Shown piece by piece: positions 1-8,206 of a stretch of 64,000 bases of DNA. The DNA is from a virus: positions 4,040 to 68,039 of the IMG/VR virus record IMGVR_UViG_3300027969_000087, one strand, 5' to 3'. Numbering within the stretch: position 1 is the first letter of the stretch; the number at the start of each line of letters is the position of its first letter. Under the pieces are notes generated by a model that did not search any database, was not told where the DNA came from, and saw only the letters and a program-made list of their open reading frames with translations. The position numbers were made by a program, and so were the translations under genes.

Positions 1-2
1 TC

Positions 3-158
3 TTCAAGGTTGAAGACCTGCCAGAGTTCGTGACACCAAAGTGTGAGTTCAATGAGCACTCCATCAAAGAGATGGAGCGTATGGTTGAAGTGCTAAAGGC
101 TTGTGCTACAGCCACATTCAATAGCAAGATCCTTGGTAGCGTACAAGACTACCTCTAA
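3..158 (+). CDS. hypothetical protein, 3' end only (truncated by window edge)
   Basis: Open frame from base 3 (FKVEDLPEFVTPK...VQDYL) to TAA at 156-158, followed by the SD of the next gene. Confidence 0.6.
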   Translation, partial: FKVEDLPEFVTPKCEFNEHSIKEMERMVEVLKACATATFNSKILGSVQDYL

Positions 159-183
159 CCAACAACAAAAAGGAGAAGATAAC

Positions 184-573
184 ATGGGTATTCGCCCAGG
201 AGAACGACATCCAGCCCGCGCAATCAATACGGCCAACAACTGGCTAGGTGCTTTGCTGCTTGACAGCACAGCCTACCGTATCCCAAATGATCCGGACATG
301 CCAGACCTTGAGGGTGCAACACACAGTCACGTTATTGAGGGTGAGAACTTTGTAGTTATGGTTCTTACTCACTACAACGAGGACACCGAGACCTACACGC
401 TGTTGAGTGTAGACAAGTCAGAGTACAACGTAGAAGATAAAAGCGGTCTGACTACACTGCTAGCACGTGGTAAGACACGTGAACAACTAGACGAGCAGAA
501 CGCTCGTGAGGTTGAGCCTAGTGATGAACACATGGCGCAAGTCATCTCTATGTTCAAAGAACTAAACAGCTAG
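184..573 (+). CDS. hypothetical early protein
   Basis: ORF track 103..573; start moved to ATG 184 behind AAAGGAG. Confidence 0.75.
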   Translation: MGIRPGERHPARAINTANNWLGALLLDSTAYRIPNDPDMPDLEGATHSHVIEGENFVVMVLTHYNEDTETYTLLSVDKSEYNVEDKSGLTTLLARGKTREQLDEQNAREVEPSDEHMAQVISMFKELNS

Positions 574-582
574 GTGGTATGA

Positions 583-626
583 CTGTGGTGGCTGGCCGAC
601 ATAAACAACCGGCCAGCCACTCGCAG
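583..626 (+). terminator. GC-rich hairpin (terminator or processing stem)
   Basis: GTGGCTGGCCG 588-598 / CGGCCAGCCAC 610-620 is a perfect 11-bp stem, extendable by CTGTG/CGCAG; no U-tract. Confidence 0.55.
596..608 (+). repeat. CCRACRTAAACAA motif, copy 1
   Basis: CCGACATAAACAA, mostly in the loop of the 588-620 hairpin. Confidence 0.85.
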
Positions 627-650
627 CCTTACCATCATCGGGAAGGAACC

Positions 651-937
651 AGAGGTGAGAGGGATTATGCGATACGCCCTGCATAACATCATAGATTGTA
701 TGAACTGAAGAATGGTCATAGGCTCCAAGGTAAGCAATGTATCACACAGTCAATACGAAAGTATCCGGCTGTCCATGTTACTAGTCTTCGGATGGTGATG
801 AAACTAGTCTGAGGTGTTATTCGTAGAGTAATGTGCGTATTCCTGCGGGACATACAATCATAGGCTTTGCATCTCATCGTTGAAAGGCCAGGCTCATACA
901 ACTAGATACCATGCGTACCATAATCCCTCTCATTTCT
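651..937 (+). ncRNA. candidate large structured non-coding RNA (~290 nt)
   Basis: 19-bp closing helix 651-669/919-937 with two G-U pairs on the + strand, plus several internal stems; no credible ORF. Confidence 0.65.
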
Positions 938-955
938 ACACACTAAGGAGGCAGC

Positions 956-1045
956 ATGCCAAAGAAAGATAAAGAGTTGATCTTGAGTCTATCAAGAGCC
1001 AACTCTAAGCGTAAGACAACTACCCCACCAAAGAAAGGTAAGTAG
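956..1045 (+). CDS. small basic protein (29 aa)
   Basis: AAGGAGG SD; MPKKDKELILSLSRANSKRKTTTPPKKGK; abuts next ATG. Confidence 0.55.
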   Translation: MPKKDKELILSLSRANSKRKTTTPPKKGK

Positions 1046-1046
1046 T

Positions 1047-1541
1047 ATGAAAGAGATACACCCAGGTATCTATGAGGCGTCATTAGATGATGTCAAAGAT
1101 ACCAAGATTGTAGGTAACGAGAGTATGCACGACTATGGGGATGGTGTAGTAGTACAAGGAACTCTATCTTTGCTCAGTGAACTATCAAAGCACCCTGAGT
1201 TTAAATCTAGGGCTGTTGCTATTGCTGTGTTCAATGAGTCTAACAAAATGAGCAAAGTATTCTGGTACACAGGTCAACATATATTCCCCAAAGAGTATTT
1301 AGAGTTGGCTGTTGATGATAACAACATTGTAGTTGTACTTACCAACATGCCAAATCCAACTCTTACAGATGCAGAAAAGTTGACTGAGGTATTCTTACCT
1401 AAGAATGAGAACACCAACCTTGACTACCATGTGCTTGATTACATATGGTCAAACCATACGCATGGTGCATCACTCATGTGTGAAGACTTTAGCTGTTGCC
1501 CTAAAGAGGGTTACGAAATAGAACAGATAGTGAGTATCTAA
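1047..1541 (+). CDS. DUF4192-like protein (N-terminal half only)
   Basis: C-terminal SLMCEDFSCCPKEG resembles the W-S-x-x-C-x-D-x-x-CCP-x-EG motif I recall from actinobacterial DUF4192. Confidence 0.5.
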   Translation: MKEIHPGIYEASLDDVKDTKIVGNESMHDYGDGVVVQGTLSLLSELSKHPEFKSRAVAIAVFNESNKMSKVFWYTGQHIFPKEYLELAVDDNNIVVVLTNMPNPTLTDAEKLTEVFLPKNENTNLDYHVLDYIWSNHTHGASLMCEDFSCCPKEGYEIEQIVSI

Positions 1542-1822
1542 TGGCAAAGAAACTAAAGAAGAAGCAAGTCAAACGACTAATCAATGACTTAGTCAAGATG
1601 ATTGAGTTAGCTGACTTGGCTGAAGTAGAAGACGAAAGCATTGACTTGTCTGATTACCATCGTGGTTCAGCAGCAGGCTTACGTGCTGCACTATCCTTGA
1701 TCAGTGATAAGGATGTTCCAGCATACGCAATCATCAAGCGTGGTGATGCATTCCCATATCGTTTCGTACCATACACAGAGACTGGTGCTGCACCAGAACT
1801 CGCATTGGATTGGTGCGATTAG
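1541..1822 (+). CDS. hypothetical protein
   Basis: 93-aa ORF with TAATG translational coupling. Confidence 0.7.
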   Translation: MAKKLKKKQVKRLINDLVKMIELADLAEVEDESIDLSDYHRGSAAGLRAALSLISDKDVPAYAIIKRGDAFPYRFVPYTETGAAPELALDWCD

Positions 1823-1892
1823 CATTGCACGACGGCGCTGTACTTTATTTAGCTAAGTTGCGGTACTGATACGGTAGCCCTCCGTGTGATAA

Positions 1893-1951
1893 GCCCTGCA
1901 CGACGGAACGTAGACATGACTATTGTCAGTCTTGTTCCCTCCGTGTAGGGT
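1893..1951 (+). other. long imperfect hairpin directly 5' of the tRNA
   Basis: GCCCTGCACG/CGTGTAGGGT, GGAAC/GTTCC, AGAC/GTCT and TGAC-TATT-GTCA are nested. Confidence 0.6.
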
Positions 1952-1953
1952 GA

Positions 1954-2027
1954 GGGGCGTTAGCTCAGTTGGTCAGAGCAGCAGACTCATAATCTGCCAG
2001 TCGTGGGTTCAAGTCCCACACGCCCCA
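1954..2027 (+). tRNA. tRNA with CAT anticodon (Ile2 or elongator Met)
   Basis: Acceptor GGGGCGT/ACGCCCC, D arm AGCTCAGTTGGTCAGAGC, anticodon arm GCAGA-CTCATAA-TCTGC, T arm GTGGG-TTCAAGT-CCCAC; CCA not encoded; paired 1:72 so not an initiator. Confidence 0.95.
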
Positions 2028-2030
2028 CAA

Positions 2031-2053
2031 TGAACACATACTCCGTGTGTTCA
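2031..2053 (+). other. hairpin with ACTCC loop, 3' of the tRNA
   Basis: TGAACACAT-ACTCC-GTGTGTTCA. Confidence 0.6.
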
Positions 2054-2074
2054 GATATAAAAGGAGGTTCATCA

Positions 2075-2368
2075 ATGCGCATTCCAGACGAAATCAAATG
2101 GGATTCATTCGATGACGAAGAAACACCTAATAGCACGTACGTATCACCCTACGATCGAATTAGGGTGTGGTTTGAACAAGGTGGTAGTGAGGGGTACAAC
2201 CCATCATGGGCTAGACTAATGAACCCAGCAGTAGATGCATATGTAACTATGCGAGAAGTGTTGGGTGAGATAGCTGACCAAGGCCAAGAGATAGATGAGT
2301 GGCCAGAAGAATACGATGTAGCCCCCCTATTGCGTAGGGCACGCAGGCTCCAACGTAAACAACAATAG
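2075..2368 (+). CDS. hypothetical protein
   Basis: ORF 2003..2368 trimmed to ATG 2075 behind AAGGAGG (the upstream part overlaps the tRNA). Confidence 0.75.
   Translation: MRIPDEIKWDSFDDEETPNSTYVSPYDRIRVWFEQGGSEGYNPSWARLMNPAVDAYVTMREVLGEIADQGQEIDEWPEEYDVAPLLRRARRLQRKQQ
2350..2362 (+). repeat. CCRACRTAAACAA motif, copy 2
   Basis: CCAACGTAAACAA at the 3' end of the ORF. Confidence 0.85.
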
Positions 2369-2404
2369 CATTCCCTAGGTTAGCTGCGGCTCAACCGACA
2401 GGAT

Positions 2405-2555
2405 AATAACTAACAAGCAAACATGTATGTATTGTTGCGTGGAAGGCCTAGAGAACGTAATAAGTCCACCGAACCAGGCTTCGAAAGCTGTCATAGGGGT
2501 AAGGTGCGTTGAATCCTTCTCCATTTTCCGCTGCATTCGGGAGTAGTTAGTTATT
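2405..2555 (+). ncRNA. candidate structured RNA or cis-regulatory leader
   Basis: Perfect 10-bp closing helix AATAACTAAC/GTTAGTTATT enclosing further stems; followed at once by an intrinsic terminator. Confidence 0.5.
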
Positions 2556-2556
2556 T

Positions 2557-2602
2557 AGTCTCGCTGATGATTGCTGGGAAGCAAGCATAGCGGGACTTTT
2601 TT
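2557..2602 (+). terminator. intrinsic terminator
   Basis: AGTCTCGCT...TTGCT-GGGA-AGCAA...AGCGGGAC followed by TTTTTT. Confidence 0.75.
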
Positions 2603-2627
2603 GTATCTAATCAATCAAGGAGGAAGT

Positions 2628-2846
2628 ATGCAAGACCTCGATCGCACGCCACATGAACCTCCATCAGAGGAAGATATCAATGCTCTGGTGGAATTCTCTG
2701 CGGCGTTTATAGATCAAGCAGATTGCGATGGTAATCTGTTTGATGCAATTACGAACTGGTCTCCTGAACGTACGGTTGTCTATCAACAGGCATTCCTTAT
2801 GTTCAATGCGATCAGCAATCCAGAAGCCTTTGGCTTCCAAGAGTAA
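2628..2846 (+). CDS. hypothetical protein
   Basis: ORF trimmed to ATG 2628 behind AAGGAGG. Confidence 0.7.
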   Translation: MQDLDRTPHEPPSEEDINALVEFSAAFIDQADCDGNLFDAITNWSPERTVVYQQAFLMFNAISNPEAFGFQE

Positions 2847-2909
2847 GACAAAGTAACACCTCACACAAAGAGTGTGAGTCAACCCAGTATAGAGAGAAGG
2901 CAATACATT

Positions 2910-4355
2910 ATGGCAATTTCCGTTTTCACCGAGTCTTATGATTCTACGATGGACAACCACCGTCGACAAGTAATGCTCGTGCCGATTGACGGTACCGTTC
3001 GCGTCTACTCACGCGTCACCGATGGTGCTAAGGGTCCACACAACAAGTGGATCGAGACCAACGTTGACGACTTGGCTAATGAACTTCATGAGAATGAAGT
3101 ACTGACTGCTGAGCCAGTGGGTGTACAAGTTACAGTTGCTGACGAACGTTCTATCCGTGAGCTTGGTTACTCACCAGTTCTCGGTACCAAGTCAGTTGCT
3201 GCACACGGTAAAGCCGAAGCAGTGTCCGACGTAAACAACTCTGCCGCCCGTATCTTTGAACTCTACGAATCTATCATCAACAATGATGATTCATTGGTAG
3301 ATCTTATCATCGATCGTCGCAAGGAGTCGTCAGTGTTCACTCCACCAGTTGCCGCCCAGCCAGCATCTATCGTTGAGACAACGACAATCGCTGCTACTGA
3401 GCAGTTCGAAGCTCCCAAGCTTCAGGTGGCACTTGCATCTGTTCCACGCAAGGAACTTGACGAGCGTTACGTTCACCGCAACGTGTTGGGCGACACAGTC
3501 GAAGACTACAAAGCCTACGACGATGCTCGTGCCAATCACGTCAACGTGTTGATCTATGGTCCTACCGGTCCTGGTAAGACTACATCAATCGAAGCGTGGT
3601 GCGCTTCTCGTGGCCTACGCTTGGCTCAAGTATCAGGTAATGCTGCGCTTGAACCAGGTCACCTGTTCGGTCGTCTTGTACCAGACGGTAAGGGCGGCTT
3701 TGCATGGGTCGACGGTCCTGTCACGGACGTTGTTCGCAACGGCGGTGTTCTTAACCTTGATGAGGTCAACTTCATCTCACCTAAGATCTACACTGTTCTG
3801 TACCCATTGTTGACTAGCCAGCGTATGATTACGCTGCTTGATCATCACGGCGAAGTTATTGAGGCTCATCCAGACCTCACTATCTTTGCTACGATGAATC
3901 CTGATTACATTGGTACTCAGGGTCTCAACCATGCATTCAAGAACCGTTTCGATCTACAGATCCCTTGGGATTACGATGACAAGGTCGAGTCCAAGCTAGT
4001 CAAGTCCAAGAATCTATTGGTACTTGCCAAGCAGTTGCGTGCAGAAGCAGCCAAGGGTCTATACGAGACACCTATCTCAACCAACATGTTGATTGAGTTT
4101 GGTGGTTTCGTTGACCGTCTTGGTTACGAGTTCGCTGTCGAGAACTTCATTGCTCACTTTGCAAATGAAGAGCAGCCATCAGTTCGCCTCGTGTTCCAAA
4201 CTCACGAGCACAATCTGAAGCCTGACTTCGGCATCGAAGTTGTGGTCAAGGAAACAAAGGTTGAAGAGCCTTTCATCCCAGGTCAAGTGATCCCAGATCC
4301 AACACCTACCGCAACCAACAGCACAGTCACTAATCCAGTGATTGTCAATATCTAA
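2910..4355 (+). CDS. MoxR/CbbQ/CobS-type AAA+ ATPase
   Basis: Walker A GPTGPGKT, Walker B LNLDEVN, DGPV and ATMNP motifs, NRF arginine finger; start likely ATG 2910. Confidence 0.9.
   Translation: MAISVFTESYDSTMDNHRRQVMLVPIDGTVRVYSRVTDGAKGPHNKWIETNVDDLANELHENEVLTAEPVGVQVTVADERSIRELGYSPVLGTKSVAAHGKAEAVSDVNNSAARIFELYESIINNDDSLVDLIIDRRKESSVFTPPVAAQPASIVETTTIAATEQFEAPKLQVALASVPRKELDERYVHRNVLGDTVEDYKAYDDARANHVNVLIYGPTGPGKTTSIEAWCASRGLRLAQVSGNAALEPGHLFGRLVPDGKGGFAWVDGPVTDVVRNGGVLNLDEVNFISPKIYTVLYPLLTSQRMITLLDHHGEVIEAHPDLTIFATMNPDYIGTQGLNHAFKNRFDLQIPWDYDDKVESKLVKSKNLLVLAKQLRAEAAKGLYETPISTNMLIEFGGFVDRLGYEFAVENFIAHFANEEQPSVRLVFQTHEHNLKPDFGIEVVVKETKVEEPFIPGQVIPDPTPTATNSTVTNPVIVNI
3226..3238 (+). repeat. 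CCRACRTAAACAA motif, copy 3 (intragenic)
   Basis: CCGACGTAAACAA, encodes SDVN. Confidence 0.85.
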
Positions 4356-4391
4356 CTACATCCGTAGTTAGTAAAGAGAGGAGGCAATACC

Positions 4392-6341
4392 GTGTATCAA
4401 GATGAGCTAACTAGTCAATCTTATTACGGTTCATCAGTTCAGACTGATGAAGATGCACAAGAGCTAGCTGTTCGCTTAGGCTCGTTGTGCCGCGTGTATG
4501 AACAAACTGACCGTGTGCTTACTGGTGATCCAGTACAAGTTCACGTAGTCAATGGTGGTCCTGCACCGGCATGGTCTGACGGCTCAGACATTTACATCAA
4601 CAAGGAAGAGATCGAACAGTTTGATCTTGACGAGTTGGTGCAGATCAATGGCCTCAACTATCACGAGCTAGCCCACCATCTGTATACTCCCCGCAAGGGT
4701 ACTACACTGATGCAATGGGTCATGGAGCAGACAGCTATTGACCCGCTGTACATGATGGCAGTCAATGTTCTAGAAGATCAGCGCATTGAGACATTGTTCA
4801 CCGCACGTTATCCCGCTATCGTACCCTATCTAACCAAGACAGTGGTTCGCTGGTTGGCTGACAGCCCAGATAAAGTATCGTCGAACTACCTAGCAATTCG
4901 TGGTCGTCAATACCTACCTCTGGACTTACGTATTGGATTCCGTGACATGTTCTTCATGCCGGAATTAATACCAGTCATTGCAGATATCGTAGATGAGTAT
5001 CGTACGCTGCACTTTCCTAAGCAATACGCAGATGCACAACGGTTGATTCAGCGCTTCAAGGAGGAAGTGTTGGATAAACTAGAGCTGCCACCGGAGCAAG
5101 CACCAGACGGTGGTCCATCAGGCTGTGGTAAGCGCAACCCTGTTAGTAAGGGTAGGCCAGAAGCGGGCAAGGCTCAAGAGCGTGACTCAGAGCGTGCTAA
5201 GGGACAAGGTAATCCTGAACCGGAATACACACCTAAGCCACCTGAAGATAAGCAGCCAAGCAATGACAAGGGTGACAGTGACGACGAGTCCAACGTAAAC
5301 AACGTCGGTCGTGGTCCTGGCTCTCCTGGTAATGATGGTTCATACGTTCCACCAACTACAGTTGATGAAGCACTAGCCCTGCGTGAGACCGAACAGACCA
5401 CAAGTCCTGCCGGTGATGCGCATGCTCAAAGCTTGGGCGGTATCCCAGATAACATCTTGGATATCATACGTGACATCGAGCAGTCTATTTACAACCGCAA
5501 GGACGTACAGGCTGACGTCAAGACCAAGCAACGTGTCATCATTGGCGGTGACGGTAAGCATGACGATGGCATCAGGCGTGGCAAATACAGTACAGTAGCT
5601 GTCCCAAATGAAGTACTCGTTGTTGCTCGTCGCTTTGCCCGTGAGCTTGAGAAGCTCAAGCAAGACTGTGAGCCCAACTGGGAGCGTGAGCAATCAGCTG
5701 GGCGTCTCAACGTACAGCGCGTGATATCAGGGGCTGACCTTGATAAAGTGTTCGATCGTTGGGACGATGGAGTGGATGGCACAGACATTGAGACTGTCAT
5801 GTTAGTTGACAGGTCCGGGTCTATGGGCAGCAACAATAACGACATGCGTGCTTCTGAAGCATCATGGGTTATCAAGCGCTCAATGGAGCAGATCAAAGCT
5901 CCAGTGACTATCTATGCGTTTGACGGTCAAGCTGAGCTTGTTGCGTCTCGTGATGACAAGGTTGACAAGCTCAACCTACCATTCATCTATGGCAGTGGTG
6001 GTACTGATCCAAAGACTGCGCTTGTTGCTACCGAACGTCTGTTCAGGTCCAGCAAGCACAAGACCAAGATCATGTTCCTCGTCACTGACGGTGAGTTTAG
6101 TCACTACGAGAATGACGACATTGTCAAGCGTCTCAATGCTATGGGAGTTGTTACAGTTATGATTCTCATTGCTGACCCGTACAGCTTGCAATCAATCACT
6201 GATCGGTATGCTCAATACCATGAGGGTGAGGACATGTGGCACGAGTGCTCTATCCACGGCTCCGTGACCACCGCTGCTGACCTTATTCCGTTCGCTAAGC
6301 AGGTTGTGACAAGCACAATCAAGAAAGCACTCAATCGATAA
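4392..6341 (+). CDS. VWA-domain partner of the MoxR ATPase (CobT-like) with N-terminal HExxH region
   Basis: HELAH and LEDQRIE near the N terminus, acidic/Pro-rich linker, MIDAS DRSGSM, GGT, TDG. Confidence 0.88.
   Translation: MYQDELTSQSYYGSSVQTDEDAQELAVRLGSLCRVYEQTDRVLTGDPVQVHVVNGGPAPAWSDGSDIYINKEEIEQFDLDELVQINGLNYHELAHHLYTPRKGTTLMQWVMEQTAIDPLYMMAVNVLEDQRIETLFTARYPAIVPYLTKTVVRWLADSPDKVSSNYLAIRGRQYLPLDLRIGFRDMFFMPELIPVIADIVDEYRTLHFPKQYADAQRLIQRFKEEVLDKLELPPEQAPDGGPSGCGKRNPVSKGRPEAGKAQERDSERAKGQGNPEPEYTPKPPEDKQPSNDKGDSDDESNVNNVGRGPGSPGNDGSYVPPTTVDEALALRETEQTTSPAGDAHAQSLGGIPDNILDIIRDIEQSIYNRKDVQADVKTKQRVIIGGDGKHDDGIRRGKYSTVAVPNEVLVVARRFARELEKLKQDCEPNWEREQSAGRLNVQRVISGADLDKVFDRWDDGVDGTDIETVMLVDRSGSMGSNNNDMRASEASWVIKRSMEQIKAPVTIYAFDGQAELVASRDDKVDKLNLPFIYGSGGTDPKTALVATERLFRSSKHKTKIMFLVTDGEFSHYENDDIVKRLNAMGVVTVMILIADPYSLQSITDRYAQYHEGEDMWHECSIHGSVTTAADLIPFAKQVVTSTIKKALNR
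5290..5302 (+). repeat. CCRACRTAAACAA motif, copy 4 (intragenic)
   Basis: CCAACGTAAACAA, encodes SNVN in the disordered linker. Confidence 0.85.
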
Positions 6342-6347
6342 TACAAA

Positions 6348-6381
6348 TGTCGGGCGGGCGTGTAACAGCGCCCGTCCAACA
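6348..6381 (+). terminator. GC-rich hairpin after the VWA gene
   Basis: GGGCGGGCG-TGTAACAG-CGCCCGTCC. Confidence 0.5.
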
Positions 6382-6388
6382 TAAACAA
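6376..6388 (+). repeat. CCRACRTAAACAA motif, copy 5
   Basis: CCAACATAAACAA just before the SD of the 6404 gene. Confidence 0.85.
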
Positions 6389-6403
6389 GGACAAGGAGAC
6401 AAT

Positions 6404-7111
6404 ATGAATCGCACAGGCGTTAGAGGCTATGACACAGCCAACGCATGGTTGCAAGGTGGTAGGTCTAAGTCAAAAAACGAGCGCAGTCTATATGAGACTG
6501 GTGTTCGTCTAATACGAGACTCACCTACAGAAATTAGCGTAATACTTAAGCATTGGGGTAATAGTAGGTACACTCATCTAGTTACTTACCGTTCTGATGG
6601 CACTACAGTTATACACCCAGGTTGGAAGTGGCAGAGTATACGCAGGATTATTACCGAGTATGTTCCTAACCTTACAATGGTAATTCGTAAGGGACAACTA
6701 GTAATAAGCTTACCGACTGATGGTATGACACCGCCTAAAATTAGTAAGTGTCGTACATGTAGCGGTATAGGTACTAAGCCAAAGGAATGCTATGGTCCAG
6801 GGTATCGTTGCTGGGATGATGACTGCGAGCAGTTTGCAGCGACAAAACCAATGAGGGAGAAAGCCTGGCGCCTTCCATGGGGCGTGCCTGAAAGGAATGA
6901 GCTAGAGCAACTTATTCGCCTAGAAGAACACAAGCATGCTACTTGTAAGCATGGCTCTACTGTGGCGCATAAACTCTATAACGATCGCTATGACTGCTTC
7001 AGGTGTCGTACAACAGGCAAGGTTGACTACGGTAGTAAGCAACGTGGTCGTGTATGGGACAATCGATCACCCATTGGTATCGATGCCAATGGGCATTACA
7101 TAGAAGTATAA
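6404..7111 (+). CDS. hypothetical protein with DnaJ-like CxxCxGxG zinc motifs
   Basis: CRTCSGIG and CFRCRTTG; start at ATG 6404 behind AAGGAG. Confidence 0.7.
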   Translation: MNRTGVRGYDTANAWLQGGRSKSKNERSLYETGVRLIRDSPTEISVILKHWGNSRYTHLVTYRSDGTTVIHPGWKWQSIRRIITEYVPNLTMVIRKGQLVISLPTDGMTPPKISKCRTCSGIGTKPKECYGPGYRCWDDDCEQFAATKPMREKAWRLPWGVPERNELEQLIRLEEHKHATCKHGSTVAHKLYNDRYDCFRCRTTGKVDYGSKQRGRVWDNRSPIGIDANGHYIEV

Positions 7112-7120
7112 GGAGGAACT

Positions 7121-7315
7121 ATGTACGTTATTACAGATCTAAATAGCGACTCAGCAATTGGGCCGTTCGAAATGTACGAAGATGCCATTAGCTTTATTGC
7201 TAAGGTAGACGAAATGTCATACTTAAATGAATCAGGTCTAGAAGTTCTAGACGTAAGTACCCCAGAAGATTGGCTCCTTGAAAACATGGACTCAATTCTT
7301 ATGGCTAACTGCTAG
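7121..7315 (+). CDS. small acidic hypothetical protein
   Basis: AAGGAGG SD, 64 aa. Confidence 0.7.
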   Translation: MYVITDLNSDSAIGPFEMYEDAISFIAKVDEMSYLNESGLEVLDVSTPEDWLLENMDSILMANC

Positions 7316-7323
7316 GAGGAATA

Positions 7324-7806
7324 ATGGATACAGAAGAGAACGTACGCATACATTCGGATATTGATTACCGGCGTGAGATTTATCAGTTGGTATACAATAC
7401 CGTTACTAGTAAGTCATTGGATCTAAATGTTGATATGGTAGGTGACTACCTAAGGATTGCAAGGATCAGGGACGCTGTTCTGCACACACTATTTAGTAAC
7501 CCTGAAGATAGGCAGCTATTCTTTGACTGGTTCGATGACAACAAGAGTGAACTCTCAAAGTTAAATGAAGAATACAAGACATACTATCTATGCTTAATGG
7601 TTGGTGCCTTATTTCTTGATGGCAAATCTGAAATTGCATACAACACAGGTAAGTTAGCTATTGCGTATGGAGAGGCTAGTGGAGTTTCCTACAATCTTGC
7701 TAAGTTAATAGTTGGCGCTATTGACCAGATGGGTAGGGAAACTGCTCTTGAACTATTTACTAAATCAATGAAAGCACTAACACTGGATAGTACACTCAGT
7801 AACTAA
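7324..7806 (+). CDS. DUF4192-like protein (C-terminal helical half)
   Basis: LRIARIRDAVL ... DGKSEIA ... YNLAKLI pattern resembles the DUF4192 C-terminal region. Confidence 0.5.
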   Translation: MDTEENVRIHSDIDYRREIYQLVYNTVTSKSLDLNVDMVGDYLRIARIRDAVLHTLFSNPEDRQLFFDWFDDNKSELSKLNEEYKTYYLCLMVGALFLDGKSEIAYNTGKLAIAYGEASGVSYNLAKLIVGAIDQMGRETALELFTKSMKALTLDSTLSN

Positions 7807-7836
7807 TAAAGACCCATAACTAAATATAGGAGGAGC

Positions 7837-8025
7837 ATGGTAAAGTACGTTCAAATCACCGCTACTTTAGCAATCAGCAATGAGCGTGGTATCGATAATC
7901 TTCGAGACCCACGCTTGTGGAACATCACACTGATTGATGAACAAAACGGTGTACTTATATTTGACGTTGACCTTACGCTCGAAGGCGAGAAATGCTGGGA
8001 GCCTAAGATCATCATGTGGGAATAA
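7837..8025 (+). CDS. hypothetical protein
   Basis: AGGAGGAG SD, 62 aa. Confidence 0.7.
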   Translation: MVKYVQITATLAISNERGIDNLRDPRLWNITLIDEQNGVLIFDVDLTLEGEKCWEPKIIMWE

Positions 8026-8029
8026 AGAT

Positions 8030-8068
8030 AAGAGGCTCTACACTAAAGCCATTAGTGTAGAGCCTCTT
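8030..8068 (+). terminator. perfect 17-bp hairpin (terminator-like)
   Basis: AAGAGGCTCTACACTAA-AGCCA-TTAGTGTAGAGCCTCTT. Confidence 0.7.
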
Positions 8069-8183
8069 GTTAGTTACGGGAATAACTATTCACCTTGGAG
8101 GGGTAATACATTAAGTCTAACTGACATAGTTTATGACTCTCACAAGACAACAGAAATACCTTATCGTTTGGCAAACAGGTTGC

Positions 8184-8196
8184 CCAACGTAAACAA
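8184..8196 (+). repeat. CCRACRTAAACAA motif, copy 6
   Basis: CCAACGTAAACAA overlaps the 3' arm of the 8165-8189 hairpin and abuts an SD. Confidence 0.85.
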
Positions 8197-8206
8197 AGGA
8201 GGCACA

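Noticed and set aside
716-901. 61-aa minus-strand ORF
   Set aside because: Antisense to the whole block, no SD, and lies inside the structured RNA
651-937. Retron msr-msd, group I intron or tmRNA as the identity of the structured RNA
   Set aside because: No reverse transcriptase in the window, no interrupted gene or recognisable intron core motifs, and no tRNA-like ends or tag reading frame
2003-2074. N-terminal extensions of ORFs 2003..2368 and 8876..9151
   Set aside because: They overlap tRNA genes; downstream ATGs have strong SD sequences
2910-6341. cobS/cobT cobalamin-synthesis auxiliary genes supporting the B12-dependent RNR
   Set aside because: Generic MoxR-VWA motifs only; no CobN or other cob genes
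596-8196. The 13-nt motif as a CRISPR repeat or a housekeeping promoter
   Set aside because: Too short and kilobases apart for an array; lacks a TANNNT -10, and a start site downstream of copy 6 would cut into the SD
7934-8206. 129-aa ORF 7934..8323
   Set aside because: Overlaps gene 7837..8025 and the 17-bp hairpin; only the SD-led last 38 codons are credible
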